From: Oligoflexia bacterium | GTDB lineage: Bacteria; Bdellovibrionota_C; UBA2361; SZUA-149; DAOLCO01 | NCBI GenBank assembly: GCA_035327825.1 | Contig: DAOLCO010000004.1 | Span: 5,950-69,949 of the forward strand | DNA: 64,000 nt | Direction: 5' to 3' | Made by a program: the position numbers and the translations under genes | Notes under the pieces: generated by a model | Seen by the model: only the letters and a program-made list of their open reading frames with translations | What the model was told of the DNA's origin: nothing | Database searches by the model: none | In this document: one piece after another, positions 29,063-39,478 of the stretch | Position numbering within the stretch: the stretch's first letter is position 1 | Layout of the letters: each line of letters starts with the position of its first letter

Positions 29063-29305
29063 CCAGAATATGCCACCATTTGGTCTTTATCCATGCCTGA
29101 TAAACCAGAAAAATACTAGAAAAATAGCCTCTTAGCTTACATATCCCCAAGGTAGGATATTATTTTAATCTACCTTCAATTTTCTCCCTCCTTGGTGGAC
29201 TTTTTCCTACCATTAGTTTAGCCTGTTTGAAGCTCTGGATTTAACCAGAGGAGCGTTTGTGGCAACCCTTTTAAAGTTCATTTAATTCAACAAAGGTGTT
29301 CAGTA

Positions 29306-30580
29306 GTGGCGACAAAAGTAAATAACAGTTTAATTGTAGGGCTTGATATAGGTACAACCAAGATTGCAGTTATTGTAGCTGATCGCTTGCCTGGAGGTAA
29401 GGTTGATATAATCGGCATAGGTACTCATCCTTCCGAGGGTCTTCGAAAAGGAGTTGTTATAAACATTGAAGCCACTGTTAATTCCATCCAGCGTGCTATC
29501 GAAGAAGCTGAACTTATGGCCGGTTGTCATATAACTTCAGTGTTTGCAGGAATTGCAGGTTCTCATATTAAGGGATTTAACAGTCATGGCATTGTTGCTA
29601 TTAAAAACAAGGAAGTAAGTCCAAAAGATATAGAAAGAGTCATTGATGCGGCAAAAGCAGTCGCTATTCCAATGGATCGTGAGATCCTTCATATATTGCC
29701 ACAGGAGTACATTGTCGATGAGCAGGATGGCATTCGTGAGCCTCTTGGTATGTCAGGTGTCAGACTCGAAGCTAAAGTACATATTGTCACTGGAGCTGTT
29801 GCTTCAGCCCAAAATATTGTAAAAAGTGCCAATAGAGTTGGCCTTTCAGTTGAAGATATTGTTCTTGAGCCTATAGCATCTGCTGAGGCAGTACTGTCTC
29901 CTGAAGAAAAAGAACTAGGCGTTGCCATGGTTGATATTGGTGGGGGCACAACTGATCTTACAATTTTTCATGCTGGCGCAGTCAAACATACTGCCGTAAT
30001 CCCCCTTGGAGGAAATCATATTACAAATGATATTTCTGCTGGACTAAGAACGCCGGTTTCTTCGGCTGAATTGATCAAGAGGAAATACGGACTTGCTTAC
30101 AGAGCTATGTCCAAGCCTCAGGATACTATAGAGGTTCCATCAACCGGTGGCAGGGATCCTCGAATATTACCAAAACATAGCTTAACTGAAATTATTGAAG
30201 CTCGTCTTGAAGAAATATATACTCTTGTACACAGAGAAATTATTCGTTCAGGATTTGATGAATTCCTTACCGCTGGACTTGTACTTACAGGCGGCACTGT
30301 CCTTCTTGAGGGTTCGGCAGAGTTAGCTGAGGACGTATTTAATCTTCCTGTCAGAGTAGGTTATCCAACAGGAGTTGGTGGGCTTATTGACGTTGTAAAT
30401 TCACCTGCCTTTGCAACTGGTGTTGGACTAGTAATATACGGGGCGCGTAATTCCCAAATAATTGAGTATGGAAGAGGACGTTCATTTACAAATGATAGTT
30501 CATCTGCTCATGGTTTTACTATATTTGAGAGAATAAAAGAACGAATGACATCCTGGTTTTCCGGTGTCCCAACATCCTGA
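29306..30580 (+). CDS. ftsA: cell division protein FtsA
   Basis: GLDIGTTKIAVIVAD, DIGGGTTDLTIF and the C-terminal amphipathic helix ERIKERMTSWFSG match FtsA rather than PilM/MreB. GTG start. Confidence 0.88.
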   Translation: MATKVNNSLIVGLDIGTTKIAVIVADRLPGGKVDIIGIGTHPSEGLRKGVVINIEATVNSIQRAIEEAELMAGCHITSVFAGIAGSHIKGFNSHGIVAIKNKEVSPKDIERVIDAAKAVAIPMDREILHILPQEYIVDEQDGIREPLGMSGVRLEAKVHIVTGAVASAQNIVKSANRVGLSVEDIVLEPIASAEAVLSPEEKELGVAMVDIGGGTTDLTIFHAGAVKHTAVIPLGGNHITNDISAGLRTPVSSAELIKRKYGLAYRAMSKPQDTIEVPSTGGRDPRILPKHSLTEIIEARLEEIYTLVHREIIRSGFDEFLTAGLVLTGGTVLLEGSAELAEDVFNLPVRVGYPTGVGGLIDVVNSPAFATGVGLVIYGARNSQIIEYGRGRSFTNDSSSAHGFTIFERIKERMTSWFSGVPTS

Positions 30581-30613
30581 AATAACATGATTTTTTTAAG
30601 GTCTTAAAATATC

Positions 30614-31120
30614 TTGAAGTGTACCAGTTCTCCCCAAAGGTATCTTGATGAATGTCTTTCCGTAATGAAAGCTGATGGTGCGAGGATTACTCGAACCAGA
30701 AAGGCTGTAATAGAATGCCTGGCCGTAACTGAACATCCACTTACTCCTCAGGCTATAGTTCAACTTCTGTCTAAAAATCAGATTGATAATACCAAAAATC
30801 CTGGAAATGCCCCGGAAGTGGAAGAAAATAATTCCATTGATCTTGCCTCTGTTTACAGAATCCTCAAGTATATGAGTTCATTGGGATTAGTTCATCAGCT
30901 TGGTTCTGATGGAGGTTTTTTTCCCTGTACACATGCAAGTTGTAATAGCGGAGTACATCTTCTTACGCGTTGTGAACAATGTGAAAACACTAAGGAAATA
31001 CACATGCCAAAGGATATTACAGCTGGCCTCATCTGGTATATTGAAAACGAAACTGATTTTCTCCCCGAAAGTCATATTCTTGAAATCAGTGGAACCTGCA
31101 ATAATTGTCGATCAATTTAA
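30614..31120 (+). CDS. Fur-family metalloregulator (Fur/Zur/PerR-like)
   Basis: Winged-helix region RITRTRKAVIECL...HPLTPQAIV plus C-terminal Cys pairs (CEQC, CNNC). The probable start is ATG 30665 (MKADGARI). Confidence 0.65.
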   Translation: MKCTSSPQRYLDECLSVMKADGARITRTRKAVIECLAVTEHPLTPQAIVQLLSKNQIDNTKNPGNAPEVEENNSIDLASVYRILKYMSSLGLVHQLGSDGGFFPCTHASCNSGVHLLTRCEQCENTKEIHMPKDITAGLIWYIENETDFLPESHILEISGTCNNCRSI

Positions 31121-31166
31121 CTATAAAATAAGTCATATTCACTTAACCACATTGCATAAGATTCAT

Positions 31167-33518
31167 ATGAACGAAAAAGAAAGAGCTCTTCAATATCACG
31201 AATTCCCGAGACCAGGTAAAATCTCCGTCCAGGCGAGTAAACCCTGTGAAACTGCCTATGATCTTTCACTGGCTTATAGTCCAGGTGTTGCGGTACCATG
31301 TCTTGAAATTGCGGCTGATGAAAGTAAAGTTTACCAGTACACATCCAAGGGAAATCTGGTAGCTGTTATTAGTAATGGAACGGCCGTCCTCGGTCTTGGT
31401 AATATTGGACCAAGTGCCTCCAAGCCAGTAATGGAGGGCAAAGGAGTTCTATTTAAGTCATTTGCCGATATTGATGTCTTTGATCTTGAACTTCAATGTA
31501 ATTCCAAAGAGCACTTGATTGATACCATTGCTGCACTTGCACCAACTTTTGGTGGTATTAATCTTGAAGATATTAAAGCACCTGAATGTTTTGATATTGA
31601 AACTGAACTTCAAAAACGCTTGGATATTCCGGTATTTCACGATGACCAGCATGGAACAGCTATTATTGCAGCAGCAGCCCTGATTAATGCCCTTGAAATT
31701 ACAGGCCGGAAAATTTCCACCATACGTCTTGTAATAAGCGGCGCAGGGGCAGCGGCCCTTGCTTCAGCTAAACTCTTGTTTAGCCTTGGATTCAAACCTG
31801 AAAATCTTCTTTTAGTGGATTCTGTTGGTGTTGTTTATAAAGGCAGAACAGAAGGAATGAATAAGTACAAGGAAGAATTTGCAGTTAAAACAGAAAAACG
31901 CACACTTGAAGATGCTGTCGCAGGTTCCGATGTTTTTTTTGGATTATCTGGTAAGGACATTCTCACACCAAAAATGCTATTAAGCATGTCTAAAAACCCG
32001 ATTGTTTTTGCGATGGCGAATCCTGATCCTGAAATAAATTATGATCTCGCCAAAAAGACTCGTTCTGATGTTATAATTGCTACTGGCAGAAGTGACCATC
32101 CTAATCAGGTGAATAACGTATTAGGGTTTCCGTTTATATTTCGTGGAGCACTCGATGTAAGGGCTCGAGGTATAAATGAGGAAATGAAACTTGCTGCAGT
32201 ATATGCCCTTGCAAGACTTGCTAAAGAACCTGTTCCTGACAGTGTAAAGGCAGCTTATGGTAATACAGATTTCTCATTTGGTGCTGACTATTTAATTCCT
32301 AAACCATTTGATCCAAGAGTCCTTTACTATGTTTCTCCGGCAGTGGCAGATGCTGCCATGAGAAGTGGTATGGCCAGAATTAATCTTGATCTGGAAGATT
32401 ACACTCTTAAACTCAAAGGTGCACAAAATGCAGGAAGAGTTATCCTAAGAACCTGGCATACTATTGCTCGAAGAGGGATAAAGAAGAGAATTGTCTTTTC
32501 CGAAGGTAGTAATGAAAGAGTTGTTAACGCAGCTCACATGGCTGTTTCAGAGGGTGTTTGCAGCCCAGTTCTTGTTGGTAATCGCGAGGCAATTCTCGCT
32601 GAGTTTAAAAAACTTGATTCCTTGCCTGAAGGGATAGAAATAATTGATCCTGAGAATGACAAACGATATTCTGATTTTGTAAAACGCTTTTTTCAAATGA
32701 GGTGCAGAAAAGGTGTTACACTTACTGAAGCATTTCGACTCTTAAAAGAAGATACGATTTTCTCAACCATGCTACTTAATGAAGGTCATGTTGATGGTCT
32801 TATTGGTGGAGTAGACAGAAATTATCCTCAGTCAGTAAAACCACTTTTAGAATTAATTCCCGTTCACGAAGACTATTCTACGACTGCTGGTCTTTATATC
32901 GTATCAATAAAAGATAAAATTTTATTCTTTGCTGATACTACAATCCATCTCTCAATGTCTCCTGATATTCTCGCGGAAATTGCTTTAATGTCAGCAGATT
33001 TTGCAAAATCAATGAATTGTGAACCTCGCATAGCAATGCTTTCTTATTCCAATTTTGGAAGTTCCTCTCACAGTGCTGCCAGAATGGTTAGAGAAGCAGT
33101 TGATATTGTAAGAGGCCGTAACCCAAAACTGACCATTGATGGAGAAATGCAAGCTGATACTGCATCTGATCCATCAATTCTCGCTCAGTATCCATTCTCT
33201 AACCTTTTCATGTCTGATGGAGAAAATACCCCTTCATCAAGTGCAAATGTATTTGTATTTCCCGATATGCAATCCGGGAATATATCATATAAATTACTTC
33301 AACGACTTGGTGGGGCACGTGTCATTGGACCAATACTTCTTGGACTATCAAGACCTGCTCACATACTTCAGCGTCATGCATCAGTAGATGAGATTTTTAA
33401 TATGACTACAGTTGCGGCTGCACAAGCTTCACTTCTTGAATCAGACAAAGAAAACTCGAAAAGGAAAGTTAATGAAAGTACTTCGAAAACACTTTTTCTG
33501 AAAAGATCAGCTGGCTAG
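31167..33518 (+). CDS. maeB: NADP-dependent malic enzyme (malic enzyme domain fused to PTA-like domain)
   Basis: N-terminus [21 protein letters not shown]...SLAYSPGVA matches MaeB, with a ~330-aa PTA-like C-terminal domain. The ORF track's upstream extension to 30900 overlaps the Fur gene and is unlikely to be real. Confidence 0.88.
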   Translation: MNEKERALQYHEFPRPGKISVQASKPCETAYDLSLAYSPGVAVPCLEIAADESKVYQYTSKGNLVAVISNGTAVLGLGNIGPSASKPVMEGKGVLFKSFADIDVFDLELQCNSKEHLIDTIAALAPTFGGINLEDIKAPECFDIETELQKRLDIPVFHDDQHGTAIIAAAALINALEITGRKISTIRLVISGAGAAALASAKLLFSLGFKPENLLLVDSVGVVYKGRTEGMNKYKEEFAVKTEKRTLEDAVAGSDVFFGLSGKDILTPKMLLSMSKNPIVFAMANPDPEINYDLAKKTRSDVIIATGRSDHPNQVNNVLGFPFIFRGALDVRARGINEEMKLAAVYALARLAKEPVPDSVKAAYGNTDFSFGADYLIPKPFDPRVLYYVSPAVADAAMRSGMARINLDLEDYTLKLKGAQNAGRVILRTWHTIARRGIKKRIVFSEGSNERVVNAAHMAVSEGVCSPVLVGNREAILAEFKKLDSLPEGIEIIDPENDKRYSDFVKRFFQMRCRKGVTLTEAFRLLKEDTIFSTMLLNEGHVDGLIGGVDRNYPQSVKPLLELIPVHEDYSTTAGLYIVSIKDKILFFADTTIHLSMSPDILAEIALMSADFAKSMNCEPRIAMLSYSNFGSSSHSAARMVREAVDIVRGRNPKLTIDGEMQADTASDPSILAQYPFSNLFMSDGENTPSSSANVFVFPDMQSGNISYKLLQRLGGARVIGPILLGLSRPAHILQRHASVDEIFNMTTVAAAQASLLESDKENSKRKVNESTSKTLFLKRSAG

Positions 33519-33526
33519 TATTTCTT

Positions 33527-34972
33527 ATGCTTAAAACAAAGAACCTTGTTATTCTTTTTACTGATATTGCCGGGTATACAGAATATACCAGTAACCGATC
33601 TCGAATTCAAAATCAGCAAATGGTTGATAAGCACAATTCAATCCTTTTGCCTGTTATTCGTCGGTTTAAGGGAAGACATGTAAAAAGTATTGGGGATGCT
33701 CTTTTGCTCACATTCACTTCACCTACTGATGCTATGCGTTGTGCCATGGCAATGCAGGACGCACTGCATGAACATAATCTGGGAGTTCCAGAAGCCGATC
33801 AGATACATATCAGAATCGCTGCAAGCCTTGGCGAGGTTCGTACAACACGAAATGATGTTTTTGGTGAAGCCGTCAATCTTACAAGTAGAATTGAAACAAT
33901 TACACCCTCCGATGAAATTTACTTCAGTGAGGCAGTTTATTTAGCCATGAATAAGGCCGAGGTGCCGGCTGTTGAAATTGGTATGCAGGAATTAAAGGGT
34001 ATTCCAAAGCCCGTAAAAATATTTGCAATACCGCGTTTTGCTGACAGCAAGCTGGTATCTGAACCTCATAGCTCAATTGAAACAGATCCTAGAATTGCTT
34101 TTCCTTATGGTGGAATGCATCTCAATCAGGGATTTTCAAATACAAATTGGATAAAGGGCGTTATTTCATCTGATATTTCAAAAAATTACCCAAAGATTTC
34201 CAGAAATATCCTGATAAGTCTTGCTATTGGCGTAGTTTTGATACTTTTAGTCGGTAATTATGATTTTTTCCTTAAACCACATAATCTTGTAATAAAGGAA
34301 CAGATATCTCAAAATTCTATTAATCCTCTTAATCCCTTAGAACAAACTCTCCCCGCCAGCGAATTATCATCTAGCAAAATATCTTCTCAGAGAGGAAGAT
34401 TAGATGGCCTTATTAAAGATCTAGCAGAACAGAATAATATTACCAAATCAACTTCATCTGGTGATTCATCTGAGTCTGAGAATGCTGTGATTGGAAACAC
34501 AAACTGGATCGTTGTTGATCCGATGATGGATATTAAAGGCCCGTTGTTGCCTCCACCTATGGAAGTTTTACCAGAAAATGATAACAAGCCTAATCTAACT
34601 ACAGGACTTAGCTCTACTGATCCGATAGTTAAAAGTAATCCACAATCAAGTGTTGTCATTGAAACAACAGGTAATACAAAGTCAAAAAAAAATACATTTG
34701 CAGCCACATCAAAGCTGTCTGAAAAGATTAATTCAGACACAGAGAGCAGGAAGCCTTCGAATGTATTTCGTAATATATCTCAAGTCAAAGCCGCATATAA
34801 GGCTAATAAAATTACTAAAGATACTTACAAGCAGCAAGTCAACAGAATTGAATCAGAGTATGAACGCAAGGTTCAGGAGGAAAAATATGCTTATCGATCT
34901 AACAGGATCAGCAAAGATCAATATAAATCAAGAGTCCGTGCACTGAAACGCGAGTACTACGGCGATAGATAA
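33527..34972 (+). CDS. class III adenylate/guanylate cyclase with TM segment and C-terminal SHOCT-like repeats
   Basis: Cyclase domain (LFTDIAGYTEY...GEAVNLTSRIE) at the N-terminus. A TM helix ILISLAIGVVLILLVG lies at ~34190-34260. Two C-terminal repeats ITKDTYKQQVNRIESEY and ISKDQYKSRVRALKREY resemble the SHOCT motif. Confidence 0.8.
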   Translation: MLKTKNLVILFTDIAGYTEYTSNRSRIQNQQMVDKHNSILLPVIRRFKGRHVKSIGDALLLTFTSPTDAMRCAMAMQDALHEHNLGVPEADQIHIRIAASLGEVRTTRNDVFGEAVNLTSRIETITPSDEIYFSEAVYLAMNKAEVPAVEIGMQELKGIPKPVKIFAIPRFADSKLVSEPHSSIETDPRIAFPYGGMHLNQGFSNTNWIKGVISSDISKNYPKISRNILISLAIGVVLILLVGNYDFFLKPHNLVIKEQISQNSINPLNPLEQTLPASELSSSKISSQRGRLDGLIKDLAEQNNITKSTSSGDSSESENAVIGNTNWIVVDPMMDIKGPLLPPPMEVLPENDNKPNLTTGLSSTDPIVKSNPQSSVVIETTGNTKSKKNTFAATSKLSEKINSDTESRKPSNVFRNISQVKAAYKANKITKDTYKQQVNRIESEYERKVQEEKYAYRSNRISKDQYKSRVRALKREYYGDR

Positions 34973-34977
34973 AAGGA

Positions 34978-36378
34978 TCAAATACCATTCAGTACATCTT
35001 TATCTTTTGCTGAACTAGAGTTCCATTCAAGTGTACTTTCAATCAGACTGGAAAGAGCTCTTGCCGCATCAACTTCACCGTGAATTGTGCGTACAATTTT
35101 GGGAAATGATAATTCATATTTCTCATGAGATTCCTTTAGCCAGCGAATAAGTTCACCTCTGTCAGCATGAGCTGAAAGACCAGAAAGGGATTTAATTTTC
35201 GCCTTGACTGGGATATCTTTTGCAAAAATACGTATTGTATTTTCTCCTCTTAATAAGCGATCTCCACGAGTACCATCTGCCTGATATCCAACAAATACCA
35301 CTGTTGTTTCAGGTTTTGATATCCAATGTGACAAATGATGAAGTATTCGACCACCAGTTGCCATACCACTTCCGGCTATAATAATTCTTGGTCCGGTCAT
35401 CTTGTTTGATAGCTTTGATTGCTCCTGAGTCTCCAGAAAAACAGTTTTCCGAGTCTTAAGTATAATTTTACCTTCTTCCAAATCGGTTTTGGCTTCTTCA
35501 TCGAAATAATTTCGATATCGATGATATATATCTGTTGCATCAATGGCCATTGGGCTGTCCAGTAATACAGGAATTTCCGGAATAAGCTCCTCTCTTTCAA
35601 GTTTTGCAATTAAATATAGTAAATGCTGAGCTCGACCAATAGAAAATGAGGGGATTAATATTGGTCCTCCTGACTGTAAACTTTCCAGAATAATATTTTG
35701 AAGTGCTGTTTCGACATTCTCATTTCCGTGATCACGATTACCATAGGTTGATTCACATAAAAGTATATCACCAAGTGGCACAGGCTCGGGATCAGGAAGA
35801 ATTGGAATATCATATCTTCCGATGTCACCTGAAAATGTTATAGTTTTCCCGTCAATTGAAAAATTAAGTATTGCAGCGCCCAGAATATGACCTGCAGAAT
35901 ATGGAGTCACAAAAATTCCTGGCAGAATTTCCCTGGCTTTATGAGGCTCAAGTGTTTTGAATAATTTAATAGCCTCTTCAGCATCTCCTCCTGTATAAAG
36001 TGGGAGGGCAGGATGATGTTTAGAACTTCCATGCATATTGGCATATCGAGCCTCTTCCTCCTGAAGCCTAGCACTGTCAAGAAGGATAAGTCTGGTTAGT
36101 TCTACTGTTGGTGCAGTCGCATAAATTGGGCCGAAAAATCCCTCCTTAACAAGTCTTGGCAAATAACCAGTATGATCAAGATGCGCATGAGTAAGTATTA
36201 CTGCCGAAATTGACTCAGCAGGAACTGGAAATGATTCCCAGTTGCGGAGTCTAAGCTCTTTTCTGCCCTGAAAAAGTCCACAATCAACCAGTATCCTGTC
36301 TTTTCCCCTTTCTAGAAGAAATTTTGAACCTGTTACAGTTCCAGATGCCCCAAGAAATTCAAGCTTATATGAACTCAT
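34978..36378 (-). CDS. MBL-fold beta-CASP hydrolase (RNA-metabolising metallo-beta-lactamase family)
   Basis: The HxHxDH motif (THAHLDHTGYLP) and ~466 aa length fit the beta-CASP/RMMBL architecture. Confidence 0.75.
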   Translation of the reverse strand: MSSYKLEFLGASGTVTGSKFLLERGKDRILVDCGLFQGRKELRLRNWESFPVPAESISAVILTHAHLDHTGYLPRLVKEGFFGPIYATAPTVELTRLILLDSARLQEEEARYANMHGSSKHHPALPLYTGGDAEEAIKLFKTLEPHKAREILPGIFVTPYSAGHILGAAILNFSIDGKTITFSGDIGRYDIPILPDPEPVPLGDILLCESTYGNRDHGNENVETALQNIILESLQSGGPILIPSFSIGRAQHLLYLIAKLEREELIPEIPVLLDSPMAIDATDIYHRYRNYFDEEAKTDLEEGKIILKTRKTVFLETQEQSKLSNKMTGPRIIIAGSGMATGGRILHHLSHWISKPETTVVFVGYQADGTRGDRLLRGENTIRIFAKDIPVKAKIKSLSGLSAHADRGELIRWLKESHEKYELSFPKIVRTIHGEVDAARALSSLIESTLEWNSSSAKDKDVLNGI

Positions 36379-36408
36379 AAAGATGATATCCTGTTAAAAT
36401 ATTAAGGG

Positions 36409-37827
36409 TTAAGCCCCGTCAAGTAAACTTATCATTTCCTTTACAGTTCTTATTTTTGAGGCATTTTTACCAAGTCTTATGCCATCCATCTTTTCATTTT
36501 CTTCAATTTTTTTCCAATCTGCAAAAGTGGTTATTCTCATCCCTGATCTTTCCAGTTTTGACCAAAGTAACTGGGGATCTTTTGTGTTTCTTTGAAGAAG
36601 TTCAGGAATATCTGAGACAATACTCTTCACTGTTTCTACGCTATCCGACTTGTTTGTACCTATTACTCCACTTGGACCTCGTTTAATCCATCCTGACGTA
36701 TATAATCCTCTAAGAATATTTGAATTACCAGAAACAGAATCCTGGTTATTAACAATACGACCTTCTATATTTGGATAAATTCCCATTTTATAGTCAAAGG
36801 GTATACCCTCAATGCCTGATCCGAAGTAGCCTACGCTTCTAAACAAAATGTCGCAAGGTAGTATCTCCTGATCACCGGTGCTTTCAGTTTTTCTTGCTTC
36901 AAGTGGACCCGTCAGATAATTCTTTTCCAGTTTAATACCAGTTAAAATTTTATTTCCAATCAATGAAATTGGAGATAAGAAAAACCTTATATAAAATACG
37001 CGGTTCTCAGGCTTTATCTTACTTTCAGAAAATGATTTTAGAATTTCAAAATTTCTTCTGACTCCTTTGGGTGCATCACTTAGCCATTTTTCCTCTTCAT
37101 TACTCAAAATAAGGTCTTCACTTCTTACTGATACTGATACTCCAGGAAGTTCTCCAAACTCAGCCAATTCTTTATCTGTGCAGGCAATTTGAAGGGGTCC
37201 TCTTCTACCTATAAGATGAACTTCCCTTAAGGTGCTATTTCTTAAAGTATCAAGAGCATATGAACCAATATCAGTTGAAGCAAGCTCATCAGGGTTTCTC
37301 AATAAAATTCTTGCTACGTCGAGAGCAACATTTCCTTGACCAATTATAGCAGCTGTTTTAATTTTCAGATCAAATGACTTTTCCGTAAACCAGGGATGAC
37401 TATTGTACCATCCAACAAATGAAGTTGCAGTTTCAGAGTTAATCAGATTTTCACCAGGAATTGACAAATTTCTGTCATGATGCGCTCCGTGACAAAGTAT
37501 AACGGCATGATAATGATCAAGGAGTTCATTTATCTGGATATCAATTCCAACTCTGATATTACCAACAAAAGTCACTGATGAATTTGTTAAAATCCTTTCA
37601 AATCCTTTTTGAACTTCTTTGATTTTAAAATGGTCAGGAGCAACCCCAGAACGAACCAGGCCATAAGGAGTAGGCAATGCTTCAATGACTGTTATATGAG
37701 CATCCGGGACAAGCTTTAATAGAGCTTCGGTTGCAAATATACCCGCGGGACCTGCCCCTACGACTGCAACATTTATTGAGTCTTTATTTGATAGAGAGCC
37801 TTCAGAATCCATAATGCTAAGAAACAA
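36409..37827 (-). CDS. FAD/NAD(P)-binding oxidoreductase, adrenodoxin-reductase/FprA-like
   Basis: N-terminal Rossmann motif VAVVGAGPAGIFATEAL, a second GQGNVALDVARIL dinucleotide motif, ~470 aa. Confidence 0.6.
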   Translation of the reverse strand: MFLSIMDSEGSLSNKDSINVAVVGAGPAGIFATEALLKLVPDAHITVIEALPTPYGLVRSGVAPDHFKIKEVQKGFERILTNSSVTFVGNIRVGIDIQINELLDHYHAVILCHGAHHDRNLSIPGENLINSETATSFVGWYNSHPWFTEKSFDLKIKTAAIIGQGNVALDVARILLRNPDELASTDIGSYALDTLRNSTLREVHLIGRRGPLQIACTDKELAEFGELPGVSVSVRSEDLILSNEEEKWLSDAPKGVRRNFEILKSFSESKIKPENRVFYIRFFLSPISLIGNKILTGIKLEKNYLTGPLEARKTESTGDQEILPCDILFRSVGYFGSGIEGIPFDYKMGIYPNIEGRIVNNQDSVSGNSNILRGLYTSGWIKRGPSGVIGTNKSDSVETVKSIVSDIPELLQRNTKDPQLLWSKLERSGMRITTFADWKKIEENEKMDGIRLGKNASKIRTVKEMISLLDGA

Positions 37828-37912
37828 AGCTCTCTTTAAGAATTAAAGCAATTCACCGATTATCAGCTAGCTATAAATTAAAACGGTAAAAAGAAGAGAA
37901 AAAGAACAAGCC

Positions 37913-38167
37913 TTAAGCTCCAGGCTTTCCATACTTCTTGTTGAATTTATCAATTCTTCCTTGAGTATCAAGTAGTCTGGTGGCTCCAGTGTAAAAGGGA
38001 TGGGAGTAGCTTGATATCGCAAGCTGATACAGTGGATATTCGTTACCATCTTCCCACTTGATAGTCTTGTCAGTCTTAACAGTTGAGCGACTAAGAAAAG
38101 ATTTTCCTGAAGAAGCATCAGAAAAAACTACATGCCTGTAAGTTTCTGGATGTATACCTTGTTTCAT
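37913..38167 (-). CDS. rpmE2: 50S ribosomal protein L31 type B
   Basis: [10 protein letters not shown]...HPFYTG with no CxxC zinc ribbon. Confidence 0.85.
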   Translation of the reverse strand: MKQGIHPETYRHVVFSDASSGKSFLSRSTVKTDKTIKWEDGNEYPLYQLAISSYSHPFYTGATRLLDTQGRIDKFNKKYGKPGA

Positions 38168-38217
38168 AATATGATTCTTTAAATAAAAATTAAATTAATA
38201 CTGAAGAGTAAACAAAA

Positions 38218-38523
38218 TTACCAGCTTGCTTTAGTAACGCCCGGCAGAAGCCCTTCAAGGGCCTTTAGACGAACCATGGAGCGGGATAAACCAAATTTTC
38301 TGTAAAATCCTCTGGAGCGTCCTGTAAGAAAGCATCTGTTTCTGACACGAATTGCTGAAGAGTTGCGAGGAAGACCCTGTAACTTTGCCTTGGCCTCCTC
38401 ACGCTCTTCCCAGGTAGAATGAGGGTTGCGAATAGTTTCCTTAAGCTCGGCACGCTTGGTAGCATACTTCTTTACCAGTCTGATTCTTTTATTATTTTTT
38501 TCAATTCTGCTTTTTTTTGCCAT
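38218..38523 (-). CDS. rpsN: 30S ribosomal protein S14 (long, Cys-less form)
   Basis: [13 protein letters not shown]...[23 protein letters not shown]...W is canonical S14, 101 aa. Confidence 0.88.
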   Translation of the reverse strand: MAKKSRIEKNNKRIRLVKKYATKRAELKETIRNPHSTWEEREEAKAKLQGLPRNSSAIRVRNRCFLTGRSRGFYRKFGLSRSMVRLKALEGLLPGVTKASW

Positions 38524-38646
38524 CGCTTATCCAAATCGTTAAATAAAACTAAAATCCTGTAAAATTTTGATTGATCACCCTAAAGCGGGTAAAACCGGCG
38601 CATTTATACTATAAATATAGATAGTAAGTAAAGCCTGCTTAAAGAG

Positions 38647-39465
38647 CTATAGAAGTTGATTAATTTGATCACGAATTGACAATGCCTCTGCTCTTACTAC
38701 TTGCTCAAAGTCACTACCTTTAGTTTTATGAATAATTCCCCTTGATGAGCTAATAATCAGCCCAAAATCAGAATTTCTACCTGAGCTTACCACGGAATGA
38801 AGATCACCGCCCTGAGCACCAATTCCTGGAACAAGAAACCATGTATTTTTAGCTATTTCCCTGATTTGTTTCATAATATCAGGATAGGTGGCACCTACAA
38901 CCAGTAAAAAATCGCCTTTATCCTGCCATGAATCAACTTGTCTTGCGACTTCAAGGTAAAGCTCTTTGTTGGGGCACTTTAAGTCCTGAAGCATGCTTGA
39001 GCCAGGATTGCTGGTTTTACAAAGGATTATTAAACCTTTTCCCTTCCATTCAAGAAAGGGCTCTATAGCGTCAAAACCAAGATATGGATTTAAAGTAACA
39101 GCATCAGCACCATAACGATCGAAGCACTCAACTGCATAATGACGCGCAGTAGATCCAATATCACCTCTTTTTGCATCAAGTATAACAGGTATTTCCGGAT
39201 AGGTGCTCTTAATGAACCTTATAGTTTCCAAAAGCTCTTCTTCTTTTGAAAGAGCCGAATAATGAGCAATTTGTGGTTTATAAGCACACACCAAATCTGC
39301 AGTAAGATTGATAATGCATTTATTAAATTCTAAAAATGGTTTTTCTTTATTTTTAAACACATCTGGCAAACGATCAAACTCAGGATCTAGCCCAACACAA
39401 AGATAACTTTTATTTATTTTGGATGCCCGGGAAATTTTATTGGTAAAATTGATATCAATATTCAT
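38647..39465 (-). CDS. pyrF: orotidine 5'-phosphate decarboxylase (type 2)
   Basis: LCVGLDP, ILDAKRGDIGST and the ~270 aa length are typical of long-form PyrF. Confidence 0.85.
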   Translation of the reverse strand: MNIDINFTNKISRASKINKSYLCVGLDPEFDRLPDVFKNKEKPFLEFNKCIINLTADLVCAYKPQIAHYSALSKEEELLETIRFIKSTYPEIPVILDAKRGDIGSTARHYAVECFDRYGADAVTLNPYLGFDAIEPFLEWKGKGLIILCKTSNPGSSMLQDLKCPNKELYLEVARQVDSWQDKGDFLLVVGATYPDIMKQIREIAKNTWFLVPGIGAQGGDLHSVVSSGRNSDFGLIISSSRGIIHKTKGSDFEQVVRAEALSIRDQINQLL

Positions 39466-39478
39466 GCTCTACTATTTA

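Noticed and set aside
30900-31166. ORF-track extension of maeB upstream to 30900, overlapping the Fur-family gene
   Set aside because: MaeB homology starts at the ATG at 31167 ([19 protein letters not shown]). The upstream extension has no similarity and overlaps a convincing Fur-like ORF in another frame.
37913-38523. rpsN plus rpmE2 (Cys-less L31B) as a Zur-regulated alternative ribosomal protein pair, with a TGATTGATCA-like box upstream of rpsN
   Set aside because: The Cys-less long S14 is also the normal primary form in many bacteria. Without seeing zinc-ribbon paralogs elsewhere I cannot call these alternative copies. The putative box is a weak half-palindrome.
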